Assembly: GCA_015680685.1 (NCBI GenBank) | Contig: MNCI01001882.1 | Location: forward strand, 62,001-126,000 | Direction: 5' to 3' | Length of the DNA stretch: 64,000 nt | From: Gnetum montanum | Lineage: Eukaryota > Plantae > Gnetophyta | Part shown: in pieces, positions 14,232-26,486 of the stretch | Layout of the letters: each line of letters opens with the position of its first letter | How positions within the stretch are numbered: position 1 is the first letter of the stretch | Notes under the pieces: generated by a model | What the model was told of the DNA's origin: nothing | Seen by the model: only the letters and a program-made list of their open reading frames with translations | Database searches by the model: none | Made by a program: the position numbers and the translations under genes

Positions 14232-15146
14232 CAAATGGACGTGGAGCTTCTTTCATGCAAGGGTATGGATGAATCCTCAATGGCTACTACTTATTCACTT
14301 TGGGGAAGTTCTCCTAACTTAGAATCTTTGGATTTTCTTATACCTGATGATATCATTGAATCTATTTCTCAAGATTTTTCTGCACGCTTTATTTTTTTCA
14401 AATAGTGGGTTTTCTACCTAGATCATTAAGTATCAATTTGCATGTTAAAAATATTTTACAATCCCACAGGATACAGGTCCTACACGCTCGATACTATGCT
14501 CATAATTTTGTCCTTGCTAAACTTTTTGAGGCTTCTCACATCAAGAAAGCTCTCTCTCTTCGGATTTTTCCTACTCGTAATGCTACACTTATCGCCTGGG
14601 CCTGGAAATTTGATTTTTACTCAAAAGGTAGACTATTTTTCTCTTCCCAACTCTTGTAGCTACTACCATTGTGCAGAGCATCACATTTCTACTTGTCCCT
14701 TTCTAGTTAAGAAAAAATCCCAAAGCAATCCTCCCAAATCTAGTCCTGTAGTCACTCCTTAACCTAACCCACCACTTGCTCCCATTAAGTTTGGTTCTAC
14801 TTCTAACAATGCTCCACACCTTTCTTCCTTGTCTGCTCCCTATAAGGCAAGAGTCTTCCAATCCCATTCTCTCATCAAGGCCAGGTCCAAGGCACCAATC
14901 ATCCAATCACAATCAATCAAAGATTCACTTTTACATGATGAGTTTGTAATGGTAGGGGGAAGGAAAAGGGACAAAGGATCTAAAATCACTACTCCCCCTT
15001 CCTCTCCTTCGCTCAAAACTAACCCAGCTTTAACTATTAATACAAGAAACTCCTTTACCATTCTTTCCACTACTATGATGACCGACATTCCTAACCCAGA
15101 TCCCTCTACTGCCTTGTCACTCATAACATCTAGAGCTTCTCCATGA
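14232..15146 (+). pseudogene. LINE ORF1 (gag-like, zinc-knuckle remnant), disrupted
   Basis: CSYYHCAEHHISTCP is a decayed CCHC knuckle, followed by an S/P/T-rich tail. The TGA stop overlaps the ORF2 ATG (ATGA 15143-15146). Confidence 0.7.
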
Positions 15147-18100
15147 ACCTTCTTTCTTGGAATGTCCAAGGCCTAACTAACAGGTTTCATTGCAAAAGAG
15201 CCAGAAACTTCCTCTCTAGTCTAAATCTCACTTTGGATTTCCTCCTTCAAGAAATTAAGATCTCAGCTGACCAATTATCTCTTTGAACCCATTGGTTTCT
15301 CCCTCAGACTTCTGTGCTCGCTACTTCTCATGAGTGTGGCAAAGGTGGAGCAGCGATTCTTTTTCCAGCCTATTGAAAAGACAAACTCCTACAGCATGGG
15401 TCCAATTTAGGTCATAGAGTGGCCTAGGCTATTTTCTCCTCCTCACATGGTCCCTTTGGAGTTTTTTCTATTTATTCTCCCAATGACTCTACCGAACGGG
15501 CCCGATTGTGGCATGAACTCACTCATAGCCTCCCTTCTATTCCTTGGCTTTTTGGTGGTGATTTTAACATGATGGAATTCTCTCATGATAAGCTTGGGGG
15601 TGTTTTCTCTCAACTTTCTCATCATGAATATCAAGCCTAGTCAAATTTTAAGAAACGTTTTTATCTTTCAAACAACATCGCAGACACTGCTAGTGGCTCT
15701 CTAAATAGCTTCACTTGGAACAATCTTCGTAAGGGACAGGATCACATTTATAGTCAATTAGATAGATATTATTTTTCCACTCTTTTTTTTTGACATACCT
15801 TTCTACTACTAAAGTCCACCAACATGAAACCTTATCAGATCATTTCCCCATTACTTTATCTATGAAGATCCATAATGACCACCAACGACGGAATTATCAT
15901 CTCTTTAGGCTACATAGTCAATGTTTCTCTTCTCCTCCTGCCCAACAACTTCTTTATAGCCTTTGGAATGCTGAACCTAGACCCTTAGGTCAAAAGGGTT
16001 GGATCCACTAGTAGAGTTAGGAATCTCACCCATCATTTTGATAAGGAAGTTGCCTCTCGTTCTTGACAAGAGTACACCAACATATGCTCTACCATTGACC
16101 ACCTTACGACCAAACTAACTGATGATCCCTTCAATAGTCACCTATAAGGGGAGCTTGCCAGAGCCTGTATAGCCTTTCAACATTGGGAACTATATAAGGA
16201 ACAATGTTCCTTGATTAAAAGCTGACTCACTTGGCTAAACATTCAAGATGAGCACTGTAAGGAATTCTATAAGTGCCTTAATCGGTCCTCCCCTTTGCGC
16301 TCTTTAGATAAACTCTCCATAAATGGATCCATTATCACTGACCAAAATAGTCTTCTCTCTTATCTTAAGGAACACTTTGAGTCCTTATTCACCACTACTC
16401 CTATGGATCCCGCATCCTTCATGGATGCCACTCTAAATTATCCTAGATTGGTTAATTCTTCTATGCTAATAATTTTAGAAGATGATATTACTCTAGCTGA
16501 GCTTTGACAGGCTTGCTTTAACCTAAGTCCTGCAAAATCCCCTGGTTATGATGGTTTTCTACTCAAATTTTTCCAAAAGCATTGGGATTTGGTAGGTTTT
16601 GACCTCTTCCATGTTATCAAAGGGGCTACACTTACTGGTTCTTTGGGGCCAATCTTAAACTAAGGGATTATTTGTCTTCTCCCTAAATCGGGAGATCCTA
16701 CTTGTATCTCCAATTGCCAGCCTATCACCTTACTTAATGTGGTTTACACACTTTGGGCTAAATGTTTGGCTTTGTGATTAAAGAAAATCCTTGATCTTAT
16801 TATTTATCCCTAGCAAATTGACTTTGTCCCAGGAAGATACATATTAAATAACGTGGTGGCTGCTTGGGAAGGTCTTAAGTGGGCTGAGTAAAAGGGTCAA
16901 GATATCCTCCTAATGAAGCTTGACTACACTAAAGCCTATGATAATATTAAGTGGGACTGCATTATCCAAACCATGACTAAATTGGGTTTTGGCCCTAAGT
17001 TCATTCATATGGTAGAATTCTTATTCTCAGATTCTACTGCACGAATCGTGACTACCTTCGGCATCACTTCTCCCTTTCCTATTCATAGGTCTTTTAGGAA
17101 AGGCTTCCCACTTACTCCTTACCTCTTCATCATTGTTGCTGATTTTCTCTATCATCAAATCAACTTGGATATTCAAAATAATTTTTTATCTGGGGTTCAT
17201 CTATCTTCTCCTCAACATCACCTCCTCAATATGCATTTCGTTGATGACTCCTTTTTCCTTATTCAAAACAATGTTGTTAATGTGCAGTGTCTCTTGTCTC
17301 GAGTGGAGCAATATTGATCCCTCTCTGGATCTGTTACAAATTGGTGTAAATCTTTATTTTATAGCTTCACCAATAACTATAGCCATTTTCCCAATTATAG
17401 TTGGATGCATACTCAAGATCATGAAATCATTAAGCTTTTGGGAATCCCTTTTCGCTTTAGAGGCCCAACTTCAGAGCTCTAGGACCAAGTACTTTCTCGA
17501 ATTGAAAGGAAAATCGAAAAATGGAAAACCAAACCCCTCACCCTCACTAGTAAGTATATCATATGTAAGTATATTTGTGCTTCTACCCATGTTTATTATT
17601 CGTCATGTTGGGCCCCTTCCCATGCTTCTTATCAAAAGCTTGAATGATTATTTCAAGACTTCATGTGGTCGTCTAAAGACTTCCAAAAAGGCTTTCATCA
17701 TGTTGCTTGGAATATAGTAACTCTTCCTATGAACAAAGGTGGATTGGGCCTTTTGAACTCCTTTAAGAAAGGTCTGCCCCTTATTACTAAGTGGTTGGTT
17801 CAGCACCTGGATGCCCCCAACATTATTGGGAATGTTCTTCAGTTAAGGCTTCGACAAGCATTCCCTAAGAACAAGTCCATCTGGAAGGGTATCCACCCTA
17901 TTAATTGGATCTTTTCCCCTCATGAAATTATCATTCTGGAACACATGTTTTCAAAAGCATTTGGAAGGCTTGGCAGGTCTTACATTCTCATGTGAATTGG
18001 AATAATGTTCATATCAATCCTACTCTTCTTTCTAAGATTTTCCCTTGCTAGCTACCTCTATCACTTGCTCCTCTAGCCACCTCAAATGCTAGGATAGCCA

Positions 18101-18990
18101 CCATTTGGTTTCAAAAGGGAGTTTTTTCCCTTAGTTTTCTTTGTCTCACCAATCAGTGGATTACTTGGGATATGTTTGAAAACTTATATGGGGCTTCCAG
18201 AACTATGCACCATTGCCTTGATAGACTTTATCACTTCATTCATCAATACTTTCATTTGAATGCTTCAGTTTCTAGTCTCTTCCATGGTCTTCAGTGGATT
18301 AATGGACTGAGCCTTCTACCCTATAAACCACATGTGCCCTTTCAGTTGTTGCATGACTCCTCTATGATTGTTAATTGCTGCAATAGATCCTGGCACAAAG
18401 ATGAGTCTGAACAGTTTTGGCTCTCCCTCTTCTCATGAGTTTGGAGCCTCCTGACTCTTCCAAAAATTAAACATTTTCTTTGGTGCCTCCTTCATCAAGG
18501 CCTACCTATCAGCAAACATCGTGAATACCTTGGGATTCCAAACCCTAATTTCCCTCTCTATCGAGGCCCTGATGATTTTGTCCATGTTTTTTGGCATTGC
18601 CCTTTCACTCATTCTTCATGGAAGTAGGTTTCTAAATTTTTCCCTTTGTGCAAGTTTTCCCATGAGGATATCTTGTTTGGCTTTCTAGCCATCCCCTCTA
18701 CTAATCTTCAGTTTCTTTGGGAAGTTATTAGGCTCCTCGTTCTTTACTATATATGGAAGCGCAAATGCACTATTCTTTTCTAGAATATTGATTCGTCTAA
18801 CTCTAACCATTTAACTATTATGGAAAAATCTCAAATTCTTTGCCTTGTGCATTTCCAAATTATATCTCACACTTCTAAGTTAAATTTGGATACTAATCAG
18901 TTATTTTATTGTTTGCAACCTTGGAGCAGATATACCAATTCGTGCACTCTTCCTCATCTCGATCTGCTACATCGGAGTGTCTCATAATAA
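15143..18990 (+). pseudogene. LINE ORF2: APE endonuclease, reverse transcriptase and zf-RVT, disrupted
   Basis: Endonuclease: MNLLSWNVQG, PWLFGGDFN, SDHFPI. RT: KSPGYDG, PITLLNV, KLDYTKAYD, GFPLTPYLF, HFVDDS. zf-RVT: PKIKHFLW...LP and HVFWHCP. Confidence 0.95.
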
Positions 18991-20369
18991 TTTTGAGCAT
19001 TTTTAGCTCTCTATTGTTCCCTTGGTCTTATTAACTTGTAGTTCTTATTCATTCCTAGCATGAGGTTTCTCTTTGGAATGTACTCCCACACCTTGTGAAG
19101 GATTATGTATCAAGATGTTTTCCTTCATCATCTGCATTTGACATTGTTCTTCTCCCTATTTAATCGTCAATATGTTCAGATGTTGATCATGTACTTAATC
19201 TCATTTAATTAATAAAATTCTCTTTTTGGGGTCNCCCCCCCCCCCCCCCCCCCCCCCCCCAACATATTCCTCTCTTTTCCATCATTTTAATTTCAGCCTC
19301 CATTACTAAAACACCTCAAGGAAATTTCATGTTTCAAATAGAGAAGCTTGGTAGCTAGATTTTTTGTAATTTTGATGGAATTCAAGGGCAAAAATAATTT
19401 CCTCATTTTCCCTTCAAAAAATATTATCTCATGACCTTGTGTTGGAAAAATTTTAGGCCATTTTTAATATGTAAAATGAAATTCATGGCCCACAAGCTAT
19501 GAATTTTATTATGCCAACATATGAGAGCTAAAAAGTCAAAAAGCTAGTGGCTTATACACTGCACTTTTGGGCCATGAAAATAGCAAAAATTTCTAGTATT
19601 CCAAGGGAAAAAATCTAAAAATGGTTGTGCCTCATACGTTATACTTTTGAACCATGAAAATCACCAAAACATTGGTATTCCAAGGAAAAATAGTCAAAAA
19701 CGCTGGTAGCCCATATGCTACAATTTTGGGTAATGAAAATGGCCTAAATACACTATGTAACTATCCAAAATACATGTGGAAGTGTAACCAATGTAGTAAT
19801 AGCAAATTTTAGGCCTATATAAGCTAGATTGAACACCATTTTTTGGATCTTTTGACACATATTTTTTGTAAAAGAAACAATTCCTTGGCAAAAAGACATC
19901 TATTTTTAGCAAAGAGTAGAGAAGTAATTGCAAATTTTGTAGTTCTTTTTAGTGTAGATGACTCAGAGTCAAAGGAACCTATAAAAACATTTATTGTAGA
20001 ACAAATCAATCAAGAGATAAGTGTAGATTCAAGTGTAGAACACACCTTGCATCCTACACTTGATTTTAAAGATATTTTTTGTACTCTCAAGCTTTTTGAA
20101 AGCCTCAATCTCTACCTTTCTAAACCTCTATTTTACAACAAACTTTACAACATTAAATACAAATATTTTTAGTTGTTTTGTTTGTCATATTTTTACACAT
20201 TTCATACATCTTCCATTCTATTCTCAAGTCCAATGCTATATCATCTTTTCATACATTGTAGTTTGTTTTCATTTTATCTTTCTTGGAAATAGATTTAAGT
20301 CCTTAGATGATCGATAAGACCACCTAAGGCACCATAGATACTTTAGAGGCCCATAAATCCTAAGTTTAA

Positions 20370-21096
20370 AAGTATGTGTATGGATTATTTTGATTTGTCA
20401 ATGTCAATTTTTTCCATTATTATAGTTTCCTCTTTTTAGTATTCCATTGTAAGGGCTTGAGGAAATATCTTTAGAATTTCTTTATTGGGTATCATAATGT
20501 TGGAAATAATATCATTACAATGCACTTCATGATACTAACTTATTATTAGTCTTAGCTCAATAATATCTAAGTTTTTCCATTCTCAAGTACCTTTCATCAT
20601 TTGATCCCATTCTTTAAAACTCATAGGTATTTCTTCATTATTATTATCTTCATTTTCTTGAGAATCAAGATTTTCAAAAGTTTGATTGACTTGTTTATCC
20701 TCATCATGAAGTTTATGTGAGCTTGCTATAGGGATATGATCATTATCATAATCATTGTCATCATCATGATCATTATTCATAGGACTCTCATGAATCAATT
20801 TATCTTCATTAAATACCACATCTCTTATAATTATCAATTTTCTTCCTGTGGGTTCTAAATCTAATAATCTTTTATATGGAGTTAATATCTTATGAAATAT
20901 CCTTATTTTTATTTTAGACTTGATTTGGTTTAAGGTATGATATGATAGTATACTTTTCAGCCAAAGACTCATAAATGTCCCAAGTTGGGCTTTCAACCAT
21001 TCCATACTATATTTGAACAGTCAAAATGAAAATAGAAAGTAGGACCTTTATTAATAATATTAATTGCAATTCATATTGCTTCTTCCCAGAAGGTAT
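20370..21096 (-). pseudogene. Ty1/copia integrase C-terminal region/linker relic (same element as 12230-13530)
   Basis: YKRLLDLEPTGRKLIIIRDVVFNED is the copia post-integrase SRDVxFxE motif, followed by an acidic linker. It is truncated at 21096 by a gypsy LTR. Confidence 0.75.
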
Positions 21097-21707
21097 TGAT
21101 GAGTGGTGAGGTACCCCTACACTCAACCATATGAAATGAGCGTAGCACGCACGATCCGGTCGAACTTTGTAGACTAAATGCCTAAATGCCCCATGGAACA
21201 CTTGGGGTTAATCATTCGTTGTCTTCCTAGACTTACTTGTTGTTGTCATGGTGTATGGTTAAGTAAGTCTGAGGTATATGATTTTTTTGGTCTTTTCTGG
21301 TTTATCTCCTATGCTAAGGGGTGAAGGGTTGAGAGAACTAACTACTCTNNNNNNNNNNNNNNNNNNNNNNNNNNNNNNNNNNNNNNNNNNNNNNNNNNNN
21401 NNNNNNNNNNCAAGGTTTATCCACAAAGCTCGTCTTTATTGCCGTACACAACTTGCGTTCAGGTACAAAGCTGCTCGAATAAAGAACCGTTCACTTGGGG
21501 GACTCCTACTGCGGGCACATGGAAAATATTCTATCTCTGGGGTGATCAATCCACCAGAGCTTCACTACTTCTAACCTCTATATGGAAATGAGGGGAGTGC
21601 CGCCTCTTATTTATAGATTTGACAGTGGACCGCGATATCGCGTACGCGTCGCAGGGGATGCAATATCCCTACATGATATCGCAGCTTGTGCATATCGCGT
21701 CTCATCA
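21097..21707 (-). mobile_element. 3' LTR of a minus-strand Athila-like gypsy element (contains assembly gap 21349-21410)
   Basis: Termini TGATGAG...CTCATCA. Minus-strand CTATAAATA at 21608-21616. PPT-like AGTCATGGGGGTA is adjacent at 21708-21720. Homologous to LTR 4101-4881. Confidence 0.85.
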
Positions 21708-23600
21708 TACCCCCATGACTGAATGAAAACTCATCCTTGAGTTCCTTACAATAATATTGGGAAGGTATGGAATTCTTGAGGGGAATGGAAGTAATGGGAT
21801 GACATGTGAATGGATCATTATTACAAGACTTGACAAAACTGGTGTTCATGACAACAAAGGTGAACACCTTATTACAATGACATCAGACCTTTGTTGGCAG
21901 CTTGAGAGAAAGAGAGAGATAGAAAGAAGTGTTGCTGCTGCCAACGCCAAGATTGTGACTTCGTTGTCCATCCATAAGTGTGCCCTTGATCTTTCTCCTT
22001 GCATAGCTACTTCAGCGTTGCTCCATTCCAAATGTTTGCTCCAGATCCAATCCGTTGTTGTATGATTTCCATCTGCACACACAACAAAATCATATATTAG
22101 CAACGGTAATTGAATCATTAAGTAAATAATACCTTGCTTCGGTGTAAGTCCATTGGCTAGGTTGTGGTATGGCTGATATGGACCTGGGAAGATGTAGTAA
22201 TGATGACTACCGAAGGTGTAGGGGTTAGGATGAAAATCAAAAATTTCGGGGCTAGGAGAAAATCAAAAAAAGTGGGTCCCATACCCCCATGACTAATCGC
22301 AAACCTCCAGTAGCATTAGAATGAAGAAGGGAAAGGAGTAAGAAAGATAGATAAAAAGGGACAACTGAAAACATCAATGAAGTAGATGTCAAGATGGTAA
22401 TGAACAAAATAATAATTAATTCCAAAATGTTAAGGAAAGAAAGTTAACTAATGCTCCAAATAGGAATGTCAGTGGATCCTCCCCAAAGCAGGTGCATGCC
22501 ATTAATGCCTTGATAGACCCACATTCAAAGAGTCCGTAGGCTCTGGGAATGTCTTTTGGAACAAGAGTTAAAGTCTTAACCATAAGAATTTACCGAAAAT
22601 AAAACAATGCATCAACCAAAATATATACACTAATGATACAACCAGCAATGAGGTGAACAATGGAGAGAAGGATGGAGAAGAGAGAAGAGAATGGAATGGA
22701 TCCTCAAGAATAAGGTGGTGTACAGCCCCTTGTGTGTTTGATGATTAATGTGACTTGGCAAGTCTCATTCCAACTCCGACCTCAAACCGACCACTTCTAG
22801 TGACGTCGCATCAATGCATTTGGCTAAACCATCCACTTGGATAATGAGGATGCATCTTCAAAGAGCCACCACCATTCTGACGAAACAAAGGAGACAATGG
22901 GAAGCGAGAAGGGCCTTAGTTAGAGGGAACACTTTTGGTTCCATAACCAGTGCTTGTAGCCCAAATTTTATTTCGTCTAAGAGGTGTGCTTTGAATTCTC
23001 ACTTTCTTTGTTTTTTTTTGTGTTTTTATGCATGAGAACCACACCATGCAAAGACTTCTTATTTTTATTGGCTCAGCTTCCGATAATTTGGTAACATCAG
23101 AACAGTAAGAAAACTCAAGAAGAAACATCTAAACACCCAAGAGAATGACCAACACAAAGCATCAAGTTCCCTTGAAGTCACACCCTTTGCAATCCTTGAG
23201 TCCTTCCTTAGTTTGAGAAATACCCAGTCACCGATTCGTTAAAGTTCTTATTAGAAGGGGACTGTACATTTCCAAGCCAAGAGAAACCATAGAAATTACC
23301 TGTCATATCAAAAGAAACATACCTTAGTATCAACATTGTGAATTAAATGTAAAAACCAAACATTAGCAATCAATATGAAAATAGTTCATACCATCGGTCC
23401 GAACACTTATTGGGTGACGAACTTACATGGTGGATGGCACACACACACGCACACAAAAAATAGAAAAAGTGTAATGATGTTGTAAAACAAAAATTAGAAA
23501 AGTTAAATAACTTTGTAAAACAACAACGTGTAAAACAAAAACATTGTAAAACAAAAATTTGTAAAACAAAAATTGAAAAAGAACTGAGGGCTCCATATGA

Positions 23601-26398
23601 TTAGGATAGGTGGCCATCTCCCCCATGACTGAGTTGTAAGGAAGAGATCTGAAATAATGCCATGGGGTATCTATTTCTAAGAAGTTCCCAACCTCTCCCA
23701 ACTGATGATCTTAACTTGAGGGGTGAAATTTGGTGACACTCACATTCCAATGTGTCTATGCCATGGTTGTTGACATGAGTTGTCTCCTTAGTTCGTTTCA
23801 TGCATATTTGTTTGCTCCTTCGAGTGGCTGTCAACCATGGGGTATCTACTACTAGTTGCGTGGTTGCTACATACAGGCATCTTTGTTTCTCATTCTCATA
23901 GGCACACCTCTCACATGGAGACATATCCTCCATGTCATCACCCGATGAATCATTGTATGTGATGCATGGAACTTTCCTCTTCTCAATCTTTCCATAAATA
24001 TTCATCTTAGAAATTTGCAAGGAAAGATCATGGATTCCTAGGTATGCATCTACGGTACTTAGCCATGGCCTTTCCATTATAATGGGGAAGTGCCCTTCGT
24101 TGCTAACCTCAAAAACCAGGAAATCAATTGGGTATGACCACCCACACATAGTGGTGATGATGTCCTCCACCAATCCTAAGGGAATGGTGATGGACTGGTC
24201 AGCTAGCTCCAGTTGTATGTTACTCTTCTTAAGTTGGGGTAAGTTTCAAGCTTGATACATCTTTTGTGAAATTAGGTTGACTCCAGAACCTGAGTCAAGA
24301 AGAGCTCGATGTGGTGCATTTTTGATGATCTGTAAATGAATTAAGGGGTTCCTAGGGTCAGATAGTTTCCTGGGAATGTGGCCCACCTTTATCCAGTTAG
24401 TTATAGTATGTGTCAACATAACCGTTTGCCTACTTAGTTGTTGGACTGAAGGGTTCTCCGAAGCGTTAGTGGTTAGAGGCCTATACATGTGCCCAACCGC
24501 TTGTTTTTGTGAGAGTTTGTCTGGGCTCCTAGTTCTGAAGAAGGATCTTTTCTTTGTATAGTTGTTAGAACTAGCACTCAGTTGGATATTTACATGCTAA
24601 ATATTTATAGCTCTCGCGGCGTTACGTTGCTGTGGTTGGATAGGTAATTCCCCCTACATTGTTGGAATAGGTTGTATGGGAGCTACAGGTGGAAGAGGTG
24701 TGGGTGGAATTAGAGGATGGGCTGAATGTGAGATATCTCCCGAAGGAGAAGGAGTCCTCTTGAAGTACTCCTAAACTTGGTAGTGACGTTGGGGAGTAGT
24801 GTGATCCATAGAGTCACCTGGAGAAACTGGCTGCTGCACATAATAACCATAAGGATCAAGCTGCCAGTAAGGGTACTGATGTGTTGGTGGTGGCATCCCC
24901 CATGACTTTGGGTATTGCCACTGCTGATGTTGTTCAATAGGCTGTGGAGACATTCCACTTGGGTAATATGTTAAGGGTTGGTGGAACTGCGTTAGGTTAC
25001 CTTGTGGATAAGGTAACCTTCGGGGTGTTTGCCATTGACTACCCCTTGGATTTAATGCATACACCCAGACTCCTACAGATGTGAGATAATTGGGCAACCT
25101 CCCTTAGGATGGTCATAGTAACAGACTTCACATCCACTATCATCATCTGAATCAGAATTCACAGCCTCATTGGATATAGGAATTTTTCTCTTACCCTTGT
25201 TATGTGCAGGGCTTAAGTTTCTCCACTTGGTTTTGCCTTTGTCACTACTTTGTTCTACCTTAGACTCTTCTACAATTTTTACGACTATTTCTATTCTTGA
25301 GTCTAAGGAATCCCACATTTGATCTACCTTAGCCAATACCTCGGTTGTTAACTTTTGGATTGGCAAGGTTTTCCGATTCACCAACTCTTCGAGTGGTGAC
25401 TCATCTTCCTCATCATAGAATTTCACTCCCTTCTTGCAAAGGGAGGGTTCACGGTTGTATTCTTCCGTACTTTCCCTCTTACATAGCTCACCCTCTTCTT
25501 ACGCTACTTGTTCCAACAAACTTTCAACTTCATGGGCTCTCAGTTGGGAAAGTCTCCCTTGGGCGTAAGTCCCAAGAGTTCTTCTCATTTCATTCCTTAG
25601 CCCATGCATGATGTGGCGAAGTTGATCCCGCTTAGCGTACCCATGGCCCGAGCAATGATGTAGCAGTGTATAGTAATGGGCGATGGTAGCATCCAAGGGT
25701 TCATAAGCACCTTGTTTCTAGCTTTGGATTTGCTTACACAAATTGGACACTCTGGAGTACATTTGATATTTGTTGTTGAATAGTTCGAGCATCGTACTCC
25801 ACCTCCTAATGGTTTCCAGTTCTAAGGACTGATACCAGCTCTCTAATTCTTTGGTGAGTGTCCTTGGAAATAACTTAAGCTTCTACCACTTGTTATCTAT
25901 ATTTTGCAAGGCATAGGCATCATGGAATGCTTGTAAATGATGTTGAGGATCAGCGTTGTATCCCCCTTCAAAATGTGGGATATTATTTATGTCCAAACGC
26001 TTGATCCTGCTATCTTCTAAATGCCTTGTGGGGATCCTAATTGCCTCTGTGATGTCTAGCATGCTTTGGGTTGCGAGTAAGGGTTCGTCATGATCATCTC
26101 TATCATGACTTCTGTGATGTCTTCGTGGTGGTTCCCTACTCTCCCTACGTCCTTACCCTTGTCCTAACTCCCGACCTTCCTGTCGAGGTCTTTCATCTTC
26201 CTTACTTTTACCCTCTCCATTGTGCTCACGATGGTTGCACCCAAATGTGGAAGGAGAGTGTGAATGGTGAGATGAAGGAGAAGAGGAAGGGGATCCATCA
26301 CCATGGCGATGTTTCTTACCTTCTCTGAGGCTACTTCGGCCCCAATCGTTGTAATGATCTAAGTGTCTATCCTTAGTGTGAGTGGTTGTTCCTACCAT
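23601..26398 (-). pseudogene. Gypsy gag plus aspartic protease (Athila-like), disrupted; no RT/RH/INT follows
   Basis: Gag: IPHFEG...DPQHHLQAF...LKLFPRTL...SWYQSL...W..MLELF. Protease: ALLDSGSGVNLI, LELADQS..IPLGLVEDI, PIDFLV, PIIMERPWL. Confidence 0.9.
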
Positions 26399-26451
26399 GA
26401 ACAGTTGGTGTTCACGGGGATCAGAGCCTGTAGCATGTACAGTTGATCGAA

Positions 26452-26464
26452 GGCTCTGATGCCT
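26452..26464 (-). promoter_or_regulatory. Possible degenerate primer-binding site (tRNA-iMet type)
   Basis: Minus-strand AGGCATCAGAGCC matches consensus TGGTATCAGAGCC at 11/13 and lies ~55 nt upstream of the gag ATG. No LTR is adjacent. Confidence 0.35.
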
Positions 26465-26486
26465 AACGTTATATGCTATGTTGGGA

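Larger units (their letters stand above)
13594..19261 (+). mobile_element. Full-length, decayed L1-clade LINE
   Basis: 17-bp TSD ACATA(C/T)TCCTCTCTTTT at 13577-13593 and 19262-19278. Contains ORF1 and ORF2, with AATAAA at 19211. Confidence 0.92.
13533..20365. mobile_element. Unclassified ~1.15-kb insertion (probable solo LTR; 13533-13593 plus 19262-20365) inside the copia pol, itself split by the LINE
   Basis: It separates two contiguous copia pol fragments and contains TATATAAG (~19816) and internal GGCCATGAAAAT-type repeats. Termini and TSD are not clear. Confidence 0.4.

Noticed and set aside
14703-15634. Minus-strand ORFs over the LINE, and similar opposite-strand ORFs over gag/pol regions
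   Set aside because: They are shadows of the coding frame on the other strand and have no independent motifs.
21490-21520. CACTTGGGGGACTCCTAC|TGCGGGCA looked like a PPT plus the start of an LTR C-type element
   Set aside because: Its reverse complement aligns collinearly with the interior of LTR 4101-4881 (TAGAATATTTTC..GTAGGAGTC), so it is internal LTR sequence.
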